DNA of 63,948 bases, filler included, from Pelomyxa schiedti (Eukaryota > Protista > Evosea), in assembly GCA_020536535.1 (NCBI GenBank). It is 10 parts of 10 records of this genome, joined end to end, with 100 filler letters (N's around TTAATTAATTAA, not from the genome) between each part and the next. Parts side by side here need not be neighbours in the genome. Positions count along the whole stretch, not along the records: positions 39,330 to 47,528 come from JAHLWZ010001326.1; positions 47,629 to 60,050 come from JAHLWZ010000074.1; 8 more parts are not named here. One strand, 5' to 3'. Shown one piece after another: positions 45,910 to 58,611 of the stretch. Positions within the stretch are counted from its first letter, which is position 1; each line of letters opens with the position of its first letter. The notes beneath the pieces were generated by a model, which had not been told where the DNA came from, did not search any database, and saw nothing but the letters and a program-made list of their open reading frames with translations. Position numbers and translations under genes: made by a program.

Positions 45910-46039
45910 CCACCCCATCACCAAACTACTATTATTTTTTTTACTTTCCTTTTGATTGTGAGAATAAAACAAACCTTGGTGTCGGCATTAAGTGTGGTTA
46001 GAATAGAACGAGAAAATTAAATAGAAAAAATACCCATCA

Positions 46040-47528
46040 GTGTCAAGTTGCAGGAAGAGACAACAAAAGTAAAGAGGAACAGTGTGGCAGGGTGCATACC
46101 ATGGAGGTGTTGGGTGTTGGCAGCAATGATAAAGTAGGTTCTGGTAATGGAAAAGAAGTTGCCGGCAATTGTAGAGCCAGTTCCCGCAATGGTAAAGAAG
46201 GTGTTGGCAATTGTAGAGCCGGTTTCGGGTATGGTAAAGAAGTTGCTGGCAATGGCAGAGTAGGTGCTGTTGGTGGGCAACAGCCGGTTGTGGGAGCTGT
46301 GTGAAAGTGAGAGACTTGAATTTAAGAGGGAATCAAACCATGTTATTTAACGGTCCTGTAACAGAGCTAGCATGGGAGTTTGTTGCAGCTTGCTGTAATG
46401 CTGCAGTGCGGTGATCCTTTCTAAGAGTTTAAGCCATGGAAGTGGGCAATGGGGATGGAGAAGTGTTTGCAGTTTTCCCTCTGTTCTTTGGTGTCTTGTG
46501 GGTGGCATTTTTCATTAGCTTGCATGAAACCTGTATGTGCACGTTTTCCAAAAAGTACAAGGCCATTACCAACAGATTGTATTTCCTCCAAAATTTCCTG
46601 TTTCATTTCAGTGCCTCCTAAAAGTTCATCACAGCTTGAGCAACAGCAACGACAATTGAGGGTAAAATTTGCCCTGCAGAGGCACAGATTTCTTCCAGAA
46701 AGGTATTGCTGAAGTTTGGTTTGAAAAGAGAATACAAAGAGAGAAAACACATCAGAATTAGACCGTTTTGACAGTAGAGTAGACCACCCTGTTTTGATTT
46801 CAAGTACAAAGTGCTTGTCTGCTTCAACAATAACTGCGTCATCAGTGGATCAGCTTGGTACTTCTGAAGTAAGCTCTTGTACTTCCACACCCACTGTTGG
46901 TGATAAATGAAGTTGCCTGACAAGAGGAAATCCTTTCAAAACTGATACAAGTAAGGGAGAAGAACAAAAAGCCAAGGAAAACACACCTCAGGAATGGAAG
47001 TACAATGTAACCATGCCTGTTTCCACACCTCTGTTGCAGACAAAGCAACTTTTTTTGGTGACCGATTTCTTGCTAGTGTAGAGAGACACTGCAACGAAGC
47101 TATTTGGTTGCTTTTCACTGCTCCATATGTCCGCCAAAGTGCGTTGCCGACGGACCAACCCATCCCTGGTCAATCTATTCTGTTTCTAAATCGAGTTTAT
47201 CTTGTAATCCCAGCCGGCAAGTCCTCATCCTGATCATAGTATGCTCAGAACGGAAAAGAAACAAAGTAGCCACATACCAGTGCCAAGCTGACTGAAATAT
47301 TGAAGGCTGTCGTGTGCCACACTGGTGGCATTGTGTTGTGTCCGATGAAGCGAAAAATTTGTGAAATACTCGGAGCAGCTGCACATTCCCTGGGCTCTGT
47401 CCACCTCGGTGATCTAAGGGGAGATGAGTACAAGGAGAAGAGGAGGAATTCCTATCCACCTCCACCTCCTTACCTATGACGGAGTTGGCAATAGCCAAAT
47501 ACAAAGGAAAGAAACATACTATCGTGCC
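46040..47528 (-). CDS. Multi-exon hypothetical gene, right-arm copy (partial)
   Basis: Mirror of 39330-40870; contains LQLPATSFPLPEP-like 14-aa repeats in frame. Confidence 0.4.
46122..46255. repeat. 42-bp coding minisatellite, about 3 copies
   Basis: (A/G)GCAAT anchors at 46122, 46164, 46206 and 46248. Confidence 0.8.
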
Positions 47529-47628
47529 NNNNNNNNNNNNNNNNNNNNNNNNNNNNNNNNNNNNNNNNNNNNTTAATTAATTAANNNNNNNNNNNNNNNN
47601 NNNNNNNNNNNNNNNNNNNNNNNNNNNN

Positions 47629-48999
47629 TTGATGACGAAGAACCAAATAACGAACATGAAATCGGGCACCCACCCCCAAAACCACAACCTCCCCCATGCA
47701 TAATACCAACACAAATACGGGAAGCACCAATACCAGAAGTAAAAGATGTCCAACATTGTGTACAACCATCAGGCGATCCATGTAAGTTCGATGCATTACC
47801 CCACAAGGAACATGTTCCACAAATTACAGCGGTTCATCCCCAACCAACCAACGCACCCCCCGAGCGCCCCTCAGATCAAATAGGCCCTCACCCCACAACT
47901 TCACAAGCAATTCCCGAGAACGGAAGACCCCAGCCCGTCTCTAATGGTTCTTCACGCTCCAATATTGATATTGTTACTAAGCATTATATTAGGGCTCGGA
48001 GCTCCACAGCGGGTCGTGGCACAGAAACCTACAGTAAGGAAATTCGCCTTAAATATTTTAATGACATAAATGTAGGTGCCTGGAAAAGTTCTCCCAAGAG
48101 AAAAAGTACGAGAGGTGGATTTCCTTCAATTCTCACCTTTGTAGGTAATCTCGGCAAATAATGGCAGTTCCGGAGACCGAAGGAGGGTATCATGTAGTGC
48201 CGCAGTTGACCCAAGGGTAAGATTACCTTCCGTTGCACCAAGGCTATCTGCTGTTGGGATATACAAAGCCGCACCCACCGGAATACTACAAAGCAAAGTC
48301 AATAACGGGATAAAGCTACAGCACAGCCCCAGCAAGATAACAGGATTGGGAAAAAGCGTCGGGAAGGGAAAAGTGCTTTACGGCTCAGGCAGATTGAGTA
48401 GAGTTGTGGTACCAAGAAGCTCCCAGCTCAGCCAACACCATCTCCCCTCCGCAGCTGCTCAGCCAGAACCTCCCAAACAGCAACAACCACACTCACAGCC
48501 TCCCGAGAATAGTAACAGCAACAATATTCCCAGAGCGGAACCACAAATAACTCACCACAGCCACCTTGCTCCCCCACCTCCAACCGGCCCCACAACATCA
48601 ACTACAGCAACAGTATCAGTCGTATCATCATCAGCGCAGGAGAAGCCTAGAGTGCACTCCCATCACAGCAACGTTGGCGTACGATTGTCAACACACCATA
48701 ACCACCCACCGGCAGTGAAGTCCGCATCACCAGATAGGAGAAGAATTTCCTCTGTACCACCCCCGTTCGTCTACAGGAATGTACAACCAAGGTACAACAT
48801 CATACCAAGAGAGTCACAGCAGCCTGTTCTCCGAACTCACTCCTCACAACTACCTCCTACTCAACAGCACATTCGGCCAACAAGTTCAACAATTACTTCA
48901 CAGCAACAACCCTCTGCAGCACTTAGGCCACCCGTAATTACTCCCACAGTAACAACATCAGCAACAGCGGTATCAGTTGCACCAACTCATCACAACTAG
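47629..48999 (+). CDS. 3' part of a Pro/Ser/Thr/His/Gln-rich hypothetical gene, haplotype copy 1
   Basis: Open exons ending ...VAPTHHN*; near-identical copy at 50290-51664. Confidence 0.6.
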
Positions 49000-49561
49000 A
49001 TAGGCTAATCAATAGTTAAACGCTCAAAATCACAGCCAACCACATAGCAACCCACTTGCACTCCCCACACAATGCAGCATTAAAAAAAACAAATATGTAG
49101 CCCACACCAGGACCGCTACTGTGATTTTGGTTAGAATAGCAGCCCATGTCAATGTGAGTCCCTGAAGCACCCCCAAAAGGGAGTGCTTCTTTCTATTGGA
49201 GTGCATCTCAAGGTACAATCCGCACAGTGTATTTGCAGTAAAAGTCCTCCAAAGGCACTCTCTGAGGAGTTAGGTTATTCACCCCGTGCCTTGGAACACT
49301 CCCAGGTGTTACTAGCAATTATGGGACGTCGGTTCATGAACCAAACGACAACCCGACGATCACCACCTTCCCTCTACTCCGAAAAGGGCTTCGGAAAAGA
49401 TGAAGAGTGATGGCCCCACTTGATCCAGGCCTCTCTTTTGGAAACTCTCGCCTAGTGATTCCCACAGTCTTCCAATCAGCTTGGCCCCCTTTGGAGAAAC
49501 AAAAACCTGTCAATCTTCCTCGGGCAGACTCACAACCAGAATTAAGTTGTTGGGGATCACC

Positions 49562-50189
49562 ATGAGCACAAGCGGCAGTGGGTTTGGGAGTGGTGGTGGC
49601 GACGCACACCCCCACCACCATCACCCCCCTACGCAGCAGCCACAACACATCGGGGCCGCCCTGGGGGGCGTCGGGGTGGTTGTCCCAGCGTCGGTGTCAT
49701 CGTCAACATCATCGGCCGCGTCGACGGGGGGGTTGTCGTTGTCAGGATCTGGTGGGGGTGTTGTACCTGGTGCCACTTTGTCAGTCTCGCGAGTGCCAGC
49801 CTCCAAGTTGTTGTCAGTCGACAACCACCTGAGGCGCAAGTACGAGGTGCTACTTCAAAGTGGTATGTGGAGAATATTATATGTGTATTAAGAGATGTGC
49901 GTGTGCGTGTGCGTGTGCGTGTGCGTGTGCGTGTGCGTGTGCGTGTGCGTGTGCGTGTGCGTGTGCGTGTGCGTGTGCGTGTGCGTGTGCGTGTGCGTGT
50001 GCGTGTGCGTGGTGCCATTATTGGTGCAATTTTGTTGGTTTTTAATCTTATTATTATTATTAACCACTATTTTTTTAGCAAATGCACATCCGGAAAGGTC
50101 AGCTGATAAGCTCCACGAGCTCAGGAAGATGATACTCCTGGACGGGATCCCAAGGCAGACGACTGAGGAAATAGCACAGAATCAAACCA
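49562..50189 (+). CDS. BUB2: BUB2/Cdc16-like gene, 5' fragment (haplotype copy 1)
   Basis: Nearly identical to the 5' end of 52234-54134; cut by the gap. Confidence 0.7.
49897..50010. repeat. (GTGCGT)19 intronic microsatellite; only 3 units in the other copy (52563-52580)
   Basis: Direct count; lies in the intron 49863-50078. Confidence 0.95.
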
Positions 50190-50289
50190 NNNNNNNNNNN
50201 NNNNNNNNNNNNNNNNNNNNNNNNNNNNNNNNNNNNNNNNNNNNNNNNNNNNNNNNNNNNNNNNNNNNNNNNNNNNNNNNNNNNNNNNN

Positions 50290-51664
50290 TTGATGACGAA
50301 GAACCAAATAACGAACATGAAATCGGGCACCCACCCCCAAAACCACAACCTCCCCCATGCATAATACCAACACAAATACGGGAAGCACCAATACCAGAAG
50401 TAAAAGATGTACAACCACTACAACCATCAGGCGATCCATGTAAGTTCGATGCATTACCCCACAAGGAACATGTTCCACAAATTACAGCGGTTCATCCCCA
50501 ACCAACCAACGCACCTCCTGAGCGCCCCTCAGATCAAATAGGCCCTCACCCCACAACTTCACAAGCAATTCCCGAGAACGGAAGACCCCAGCCCGTCTCT
50601 AATGGTTCTTCACGCTCCACCAATATTGACATTGTTACTAAGCATTATATTAGGGCTCGGAGCTCCACAGCGGGTCGTGGCACAGAAACCTACAGTAAGG
50701 AAATTCGCCTTTAATATTTCAATGACATAAATGTAGGTGCCAGGAAAAGTTCTCCCAAGAGAAAAAGTACGAGGTCGGATTTCCTTCAATTTTCACCTTT
50801 TTTTAGGTAATCTCTGCAAATAATGGCAGTTCCGGAGACCGAAGGAGGGTATCATGTAGTGCCGCAGTTGACCCAAGGGTAAGATTACCTTCCGTTGCAC
50901 CAAGGCTGTCTGCTGTTGGGATATACAAAGCCGCACCCACCGGAATACTACAAAGCAAAGTCAATAACGGGATAAAACTACAGCACAGCCCCAGCAAGAT
51001 AACAGGATTGGGAAAAAGCGTCGGGAAGGGAAAAGTGCTATACGGCTCAGGCAGATTGAGTAGAGTTGTGGTACCAAGAAGTTCCCACCTCAGCCAACAT
51101 CATCCCCCCTCCGCAGTTGCTCAGCCAGAACCTCCAAAACAACAGCAACCACACTCACAGCCTCCCGAGAATAGTAGCAGCAACAATATTGCCAGAGCGG
51201 AACCACAAATAACTCACCACAGCCACCTTGCTCCCCCACCTCCACCAACCGGCCCCACAACATCAACTACAGCAACAGTATCAGCCGTATCATCATCAGC
51301 GCAGGAGAAGCCTAGAGTGCACTCCCATCACAGCAACGTTGGTGCACGATTGTCAACACACCATAACCACCCACCGGCAGTGAAGTCCGCATCACCAGAT
51401 AGGAGAAGAATTTCCTCTGTACCACCCCCGTTCGTCTACAGGAATGTACAACCAAGGTACAACATCATACCAAGAGAGTCACAGCAGCCTGTTCTCCGAA
51501 CTCACTCCTCACAACTACCTCCTACTCAACAGCACATTCGGCCAACAAGTTCAACAATTACTTCACAGCAACAACCCTCCGCAGCACTTAGGCCACCCGT
51601 TATTACTCCCACAGTAACAACATCAGCAACAGCGGTATCAATTGCACCAACTCATCACAACTAG
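50290..51664 (+). CDS. 3' part of the same hypothetical gene, haplotype copy 2
   Basis: Near-identical to 47629-48999. Confidence 0.6.
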
Positions 51665-52233
51665 ATAGGCCAATCAATAGTTAAACGTTCAAAATCACAG
51701 CCAAGCACACCCACTTGCACTCCCAACACAATGCAGCATTAAAAAAACAAATATGTAGCCCACACTAGGACCGCTACTGTGATTTTGGTTAGAATAGCAG
51801 CCCATTTCAATGTGAGTCCCGTAAGCACCCCCAAAAGGAGTGCTTCTTTCTATTGGAGTGCATCTCAAGGTACAATCTGCACAGCGTATTTGCAGTAAAA
51901 GTCCTCCAAAGGCACTCTCTGAGGAAATAGGTTATTCGCCCCGTGCCTTGGAACACTCCCAGGTGGTACGTAGCAATTATGGGACGTCGGTTCATGAACC
52001 AAACGACAATACGACGATCACCACCCCTCTACTCCGAAAAGGGCTTCGGAAAAGATGAAGAGTGATGGCCCCACTTGCAGGCGTCTCTTTTTGGAAACTC
52101 TAGCCCCAGGACTAGTGACTCCCACACTCTCAAGCAGCTTGGCCCCCCAACACTTGGAGAAGAAACAAAACCTTTCTATCTTCCTCTGGCAGAGTCCCAA
52201 CCCAGTGAATTAAGTCGCTGTTGGTGGATAATC

Positions 52234-54134
52234 ATGAGCACAAGCAGCAGTGGGTTTGGGAGTGGTGGCGGCGACGCACACCCCCACCCCCACCACCATC
52301 AGCATCAGCAGCCACAACACATCGGGGCCGCCCTGGGGGGCGTCGGGGTGGTTGTCCCAGCGTCGGTGTCATCGTCGTCATCGTCGGCCGCGTCGACGGG
52401 GTTGTCGTCGTCAGGATCTGGGGGCGTTGTACCTGGTGCCACTTTGTCAGTCTCGCGAGTGCCAGCCTCAAAGTTGTTGTCAGTCGACAACCACCTGAGG
52501 CGCAAGTACGAGGTGCTACTTCAAAGTGGTATGTGGAGAATATTATATGTGTATTAAGAGATGTGCGTGTGCGTGTGCGTGGTGCCATTATTGGTGCAAT
52601 TTTGTTGGTTTTTAATCTTATTATTATTAACCACGATTTTTTTAGCAAATGCACATCCGGAAAGGTCAGCTGATAAGCTCCACGAGCTCAGGAAGATGAT
52701 ACTCCTGGACGGGATCCCAAGGCAGACGACTGAGGAAATAGCACAGAATCAAACCANNNNNNNNNNNNNNNNNNNNNNNNNNNNNNNNNNNNNNNNNNNN
52801 NNNNNNNNNNNNNNNNNNNNNNNNNNNNNNNNNNNNNNNNNNNNNNNNNNNNNNNNATTTTTTTAGCAAATGCACATCCGGAAAGGTCAGCTGATAAGCT
52901 CCACGAGCTCAGGAAGATGATACTCCTGGACGGGATCCCAAGGCAGACGACTGAGGAAATAGCACAGAATCAAACCAAGTGCAGTTTGAGGGGCCGGATA
53001 TGGAAAGCACTTCTGGGTGTGAGGACAACGAGTGCCGACCAGTTGAGCTTTTCCACTCTCCCTTGCTCCCATTTACTGATGCTGTGCTAAGATACATAGC
53101 CCTTATTAAGAAGGGGCCCGCCCCTCCAGAACATTTCGCCCAAATTGAAAAAGACCTTGACAGGACATTCAAAAACGACCCTGTACGTATAAAACATGAC
53201 TTTCCTCCTCTAAACTACGGTTCCTTTCTACACTAGGTTTTTACAAACACGGTTCCAGTTCAGAGTTTGAGAAGAGTGCTAAATGCATTTGTTTATACTA
53301 TTCCCGATCACAAAATCAAACTTTCTGGCTATGTTCAGGGCATGAATCTCTATGCCGCTTGTCTTCTACATGTGATGCCAGGTTCTTGGAAGTCTTTATT
53401 TTCTTTTGCACTCAAACTCTTAGAACTGGACGCATTTCACACATTGTGCACGCTTTTGCACGTTCACCTCCCCATGTATTTTGTGCCCAGCCTTCCTGGA
53501 GGCCATGAAGCAACTAAGGTATTCCCAGACCTATGGTACGCAGTTAACATTCCTCGATTAGTTATTCACTGTTATTCTGAAACACGTAGATATACAGCTG
53601 TACAACCACTTAAAGGAGCATCAATTTAACCCTCCTTTAGCATTCCAACGTGTGTAACTATTTATCCCGATTCTACTAAACCACCGAAGCACTTATCAGC
53701 CTATGTACATCTACGCCGCCTTTTGAACAAGCTTTGCAACTCTGGGACTATTTCTTTGCCCTCGGGGTTCACTTATCCGTACCTACACTTGTTGCACAAC
53801 TCGTTTTAAACCGAACCGAGATACTTTCCGGGAGGTACGGTTTTGTTTTTTCCATCACTTTCTGCAACTGATACCAACTACCAGAAACGGATTCCACGAC
53901 CTACCGCCACTCAATAAAATCTATGTCGATATGGCCAACTCCATTGTCCTCAACCTACCACCCGAAGTTTGGGAACTTCTATGCAAACACACACGTGAGC
54001 CGATTCAAATTCCTATATCACTCTATGACCCAAATGAGTTCACAATGAAGTCCGGCACAGCCAAGAAGCACCACATACCACTCATTAGTCCGGCCACAAC
54101 TACATCAAAGTCACCAGCGGTATTCAATGACTGA
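52234..54134 (+). CDS. BUB2: BUB2/Cdc16-like TBC-domain GAP; spliced
   Basis: LRGRIWKALLGV, RYIALIKKGP, IEKDLDRTF, RVLNAF, YVQGMN, ELDAF, and TPPFEQALQLWDYFFALGVHL match the Bub2/Cdc16 TBC pattern. Confidence 0.85.
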
Positions 54135-54265
54135 CAAAATAGAGAATAAGTATCTCTGATTGGACCAATCAAATGAATAAAAGTGTTTTTTGTTTGAACT
54201 GAAATTTTCTTAATGGGGAAGCAACACAAAAAAACATACTACAAACATGGTTAAAGGTGGCAAGC

Positions 54266-55491
54266 TCAACAGTTGCACTCCTTTTTCTCACCATCAGGGT
54301 TTGAATCAGCGGTTCTCTTGGATGATAGGTGAACTGTGCCCTTTGGAGTGGGTGCTGGTGCTGGGCCAGATTTCCGGATTTTGGATGTGAGCATGTCGCC
54401 GAGAGCGGCAAACAACTCATTCACACCTGTGCGAGGGAGGTTAGAGATAAATTAGATGGATGAAGGGGATAGCGTGTACCTTCACCGGTTTTGGCGGAGG
54501 TTTCAAAGTACTGTATGGGAGTTACGTGTGGGAGGGTCTGGACGAATTGCATTGCTTCCGCTTTGGTGACTATTCTTGATGGGGCGTCGAGTTTATTCCC
54601 AACAATAACAATAACTTAGGAACATTAGGTGGGAAATGAAAACGTGAGAAGGGCCTTACTTATATCACCGGTAATGTGCTGTTGCAGATCTGTTTAAAAT
54701 GTAAGCGCTAAGAGTATTAGGAAAAAGGAACCTTTTATCCATCCTTGGACGGCATGGTAAGAGTCCGCATCTGTAAGATCAAACTAGAGGGGATTCGACT
54801 CAACATTATAAAGAATTGGGTTGATTTACTGTGACAATAGCAGCTTGTGAGCCTCTATAATACCTGTGGATTGTAAGTACTTAGTCAAAAGTTTCATAGA
54901 ATACATTGGGGTCATAGCCCTGTATCTCTCCTGCCCGGCAGTATCCCACTGTTTAAGTCATTATTTTTTGGTCAATTTACATTTCATGGTGGTAGTATAC
55001 AATCTGCAACAAAAAAAAGAGGGAGGGTTAGAGGAAAACAAGATTTTCAACAGTTTCCTACTTGAAGTTTCACTTGTATATCAGCAACAGCGCTAGTGGG
55101 GAGAGGTTTTAAGTGATACAGCAAAGGGGGGTGATGTCACAGAATGCTTGGAGTGCGTTTGAAACGCCAGGTTGTGGGGTTCGGGTCAGGCCACTATTTC
55201 AACTACACACATATTCTTTGACATAAATGATGCACCAATAGTAGCAGCATAGTCACTTGAGAACGCGCCGTGCACAAACATATTCCCTACGCTCGTCTTC
55301 CCGACCCCTACGTAGTAATCACGGATATTGTCACAAGTCAGTAACAAATGAAAAAAAAAAAAAAAACAACTCAACTACACAAATGACAGCACACTGAACG
55401 CATGGCCACACGCGCCAAAAACAGCTACGACAACAGCAGTACCTGAGTTCCCTATCATCACGATCTTAGCCGATATCGCACTCGCCGTCAT
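54266..55491 (-). CDS. Rab5-subfamily (Rab22/31-like) small GTPase; about nine exons including a 3-nt microexon
   Basis: [56 protein letters not shown], and a C-terminal CxC (ECNC*). Confidence 0.92.
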
Positions 55492-55835
55492 TGTGATCTT
55501 GATCTCACCGCACGCTCACAACAACACCTTCTGTTTTTTATTTTAATTGTTTTTCCTTTTGTTTCTTAAACCGATGTAGATCTGATCATGTTTCGCGGAC
55601 GTGTAAAAACCGAACCTCTGGTTTTTTGATTGCTGTGATATTTGGATGGACGAGCCACCCTGTTGCGGGGAATTTTGGGACAAGACAAAAAGTCAATTGT
55701 GTGTGCAATGACAATCACACAGTGTGGATGCCACCTTTGGTTTTTTTTGGTTGTTTGGGGTTAATTACAGAGGGTGGAGTGAGTAAGAGGGGGTTGGTGT
55801 CAGTGAGTGTGTCACACTGATGCTGACTACCACCC

Positions 55836-58611
55836 TCATGTGTACAGGGAGAGGGAAGACGAGGGTGATGATGGTGATGAGTATGAGGATAAGGAAGATA
55901 GCCAGGACGAGGGGAATGTGTCCGCATCGATGCTGAGGGCCCATGGCATGATCAGGAACACAGTGCCAAGTGCAAGCAGTATCGATGTGACCCTGTGTTA
56001 TCAGTGGGATTGCGGTTGCGGTTGGGAAGAGGGAGGAGTTGTGTTGTGGGTGTTGGGGAAATGGCTACATACTTGGTGAAGAATCCTAGCTTGATCATTT
56101 GGAAGGTGGAAACCCGGTTGGATAAGTATCTGAGTATCAGTCCCGGGATGAGAAAGAATTACTCCGGGTAGTGTAATACATACATGATCATGTTTGGGGC
56201 ACAGGATATAGGCATCAGATACGAAAAGGAGCAAGCGAGGGTGGTTGGTACCATCAAAAGCGCCGGATGTACATCGATTTTAGCAGCTATTGATGCAACA
56301 ACCGGGAGGAAAATCTTTGAACCGGTAAGTTATTTATGGGATAAAAGAATCATATGATACCTGTGCTACTGCCACGTTGGTCATGAACTCTGTCGTAATA
56401 CAAGTAACTAGAATCAGCAGCAACACCAAGACAAACAAGGAGAGAGACGAGACGAAAGTCATTTTAGATGCCAAATATTCCCCAAATCCACTCACGAATA
56501 CTGCCTCAGCTAAAGCAAAGCCACCACCAAACATCACAACCACACTCCAAGGTACTTTATGTAGACAGCTTGATGACAGGACGGTTGAGTTCCTACAAGG
56601 TGTTACTCCATAAGGCGATTTGAAAAAGCGTACCAGCCTCTGTGTATAAAGGCATTTACGTCACTCCATGTCAAATGCGGCCTTCTGCAGGAACATAATT
56701 TGGAGGCTTCGCGCCAGCTTAATGGCTTTGGGGCAGAGATGTCATCAGTTGGTTGGAGCTTGGTGGAACCGGGGTGCACCTCCAGCACTACAAAACCTTT
56801 CTCTAGCTCCATGTCTCCCATTCCTGTGGCTGACATTTCTTCGTGATAATCCCGTGGCTCCTCACCATTTTCTGAAGTTCTCTTCTCTTTTTTATGGGCT
56901 GGTATGAAAAACAGGATGCAGGCCACAAAGATAGCAACAGTGCTGTCGGTTATAAAGGACGGTACCCCAAACCAGCTTGCCCAGCCAGGAATTGTAAATT
57001 TCGCGCTGAGAACAATATCGGCCCGGAAAAGCAATCCTAAGGCAAGGAGACAGAAATCTACTGACACCACCACTTCTTCAAAAGTAAGAGAGCCAAGAGC
57101 TGCATACATATCATACAAAACGTCCAGCTGGAGAACCATAAGTTCAGCACCCGGTCTGTATGCAAACGATTAAGTTCTTGAAACATCTCCAAGCTCGTAC
57201 CTCACTAGGACAAATGAAAACCAGATCCAGCACAGAAGGCAGATAATGATGCACATCGGGAAGGCAAAAAACAGCCATTCAGTAAATGTAACTTCTTCAT
57301 TGTATAAGGAACTGTATAATTCCGCGAAAACAAGGTTTGTCTGAGTCCCGACAAGTGTAGCACAGCCACCAAGACTGGATGAAAGTGCAATTCCCATTAG
57401 AAGGGTTCTGTGAAGTTTGTTGGTGCATAGAAACGTGACGGTGACAATATAGACCTTGCCCAAACAACTGATGAAGGACTGTTCTGATAAGGTTCGAACT
57501 CGTTGATAATTGCCAAAGCGTTAGGGACCATAATCATTGCTGTGGCTGCATTGGATATCCACATCGAGAGGAAAAATGAGAGTCCCATGAAACCCAACAG
57601 AAGTAAGCGTGGTCTAAAAACCAAGTTAGCAACTACACTTATGTGAAGTGGGCAAGAACCTTGCTCCCACAAGAAGTACAATTTTGAGGGCAAGCCTTTT
57701 GTGCAATGACCATCTCTCCATTGCCACTGCTACAAGCGATCCCCCAATAAATAGCATGACCTCAATCTTAGTTAAGTATTGTGATATGCAAGTTCTTTTT
57801 TTAGTGATACCACGTTGTTCATATATGTAAGACACACTGCAATCCCCGACATAAGGCCATACATAGGTATTACCACAAGCGGTAAAAAAGCTGTTACAAA
57901 CTGGAACATGCCACAATTAGTACATACAATAGAAACAATACGATAGAGGTGGATGATTGTACCAAAGGCACTGGTTCAAAAAGCCACCACAGGGCCATGA
58001 CAAGTGTTAAGGTGAATCCCTGACTTATTGCTTTGCTGCCACCAATCCCAAAGAACGGCCCTATCACCAAGAAAAGGCACCCCACTAGCCCACTGGCATA
58101 TTTTATTATCCTCTTGGTCTACAAAACAAGTCAAACTCTATTTCAATATCAAAAAAAAAAAAAAAAAAAAAAAGCAACAGCATTAGCACAAAACAAAAAA
58201 AAATGCCCACAAACAAACAACAACACATCCCACAAGTGATTGCCAACAACCGGCCCAAGTGCAAATAAGAGGTACCTTTGTCGCCACCATTGAGAACCTA
58301 AATGCCTTGAGCTTCGGAGCGAGTGGCGGCGCCTGGTCCTCCAGCGCCTCCGCCTCCTCGTCCTCGTCGCCATCAGCCATAACGAGAATCCCAGATCTGC
58401 CGCCTCCCCCTCCCCGACCCCCTGCCCCTGCCCCTGCTGCCGCCACGGCCCGCGCAACGGGCGACGCTGGCGGCGGCACAGGCAGCGACAGCCGCTCCAT
58501 TTCTACTACTACCCCCTCCCCCGTCCCCCCTGCTGCCCCCGTGGTCGATGTAGGTGTCGTTGTTGGTACTGACCCCACGTCGCGTACCGAGTACGTGTCG
58601 TCGTTGTTCAT
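55836..58611 (-). CDS. SLC13/DASS family Na+-coupled dicarboxylate/sulfate transporter; spliced
   Basis: AMERWSLHKRLAL, LSMWISNAATAMIMVP, GGCATLVGTQTN, MFGGGFALA, TEFMTNVA, and ACSFSYLMPISCAPN. Confidence 0.9.

Larger units (their letters stand above)
39330..47528. repeat. Large imperfect inverted duplication: arms 39330-43162 and 43745-47528, unique loop 43163-43744
   Basis: The arms are reverse complements with scattered substitutions and indels. The whole contig begins and ends with the same inverted 121 nt. Confidence 0.95.

Noticed and set aside
49860-50045. (RV)n, (CV)n, (CA)n and (RT)n repeat proteins
   Set aside because: They are translations of an intronic (GTGCGT)n microsatellite.
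47629-52756. Genuine tandem duplication of BUB2
   Set aside because: Both copies are bounded by identical 121-mers at both ends and separated by a 100-N gap, which is the signature of an allelic bubble.
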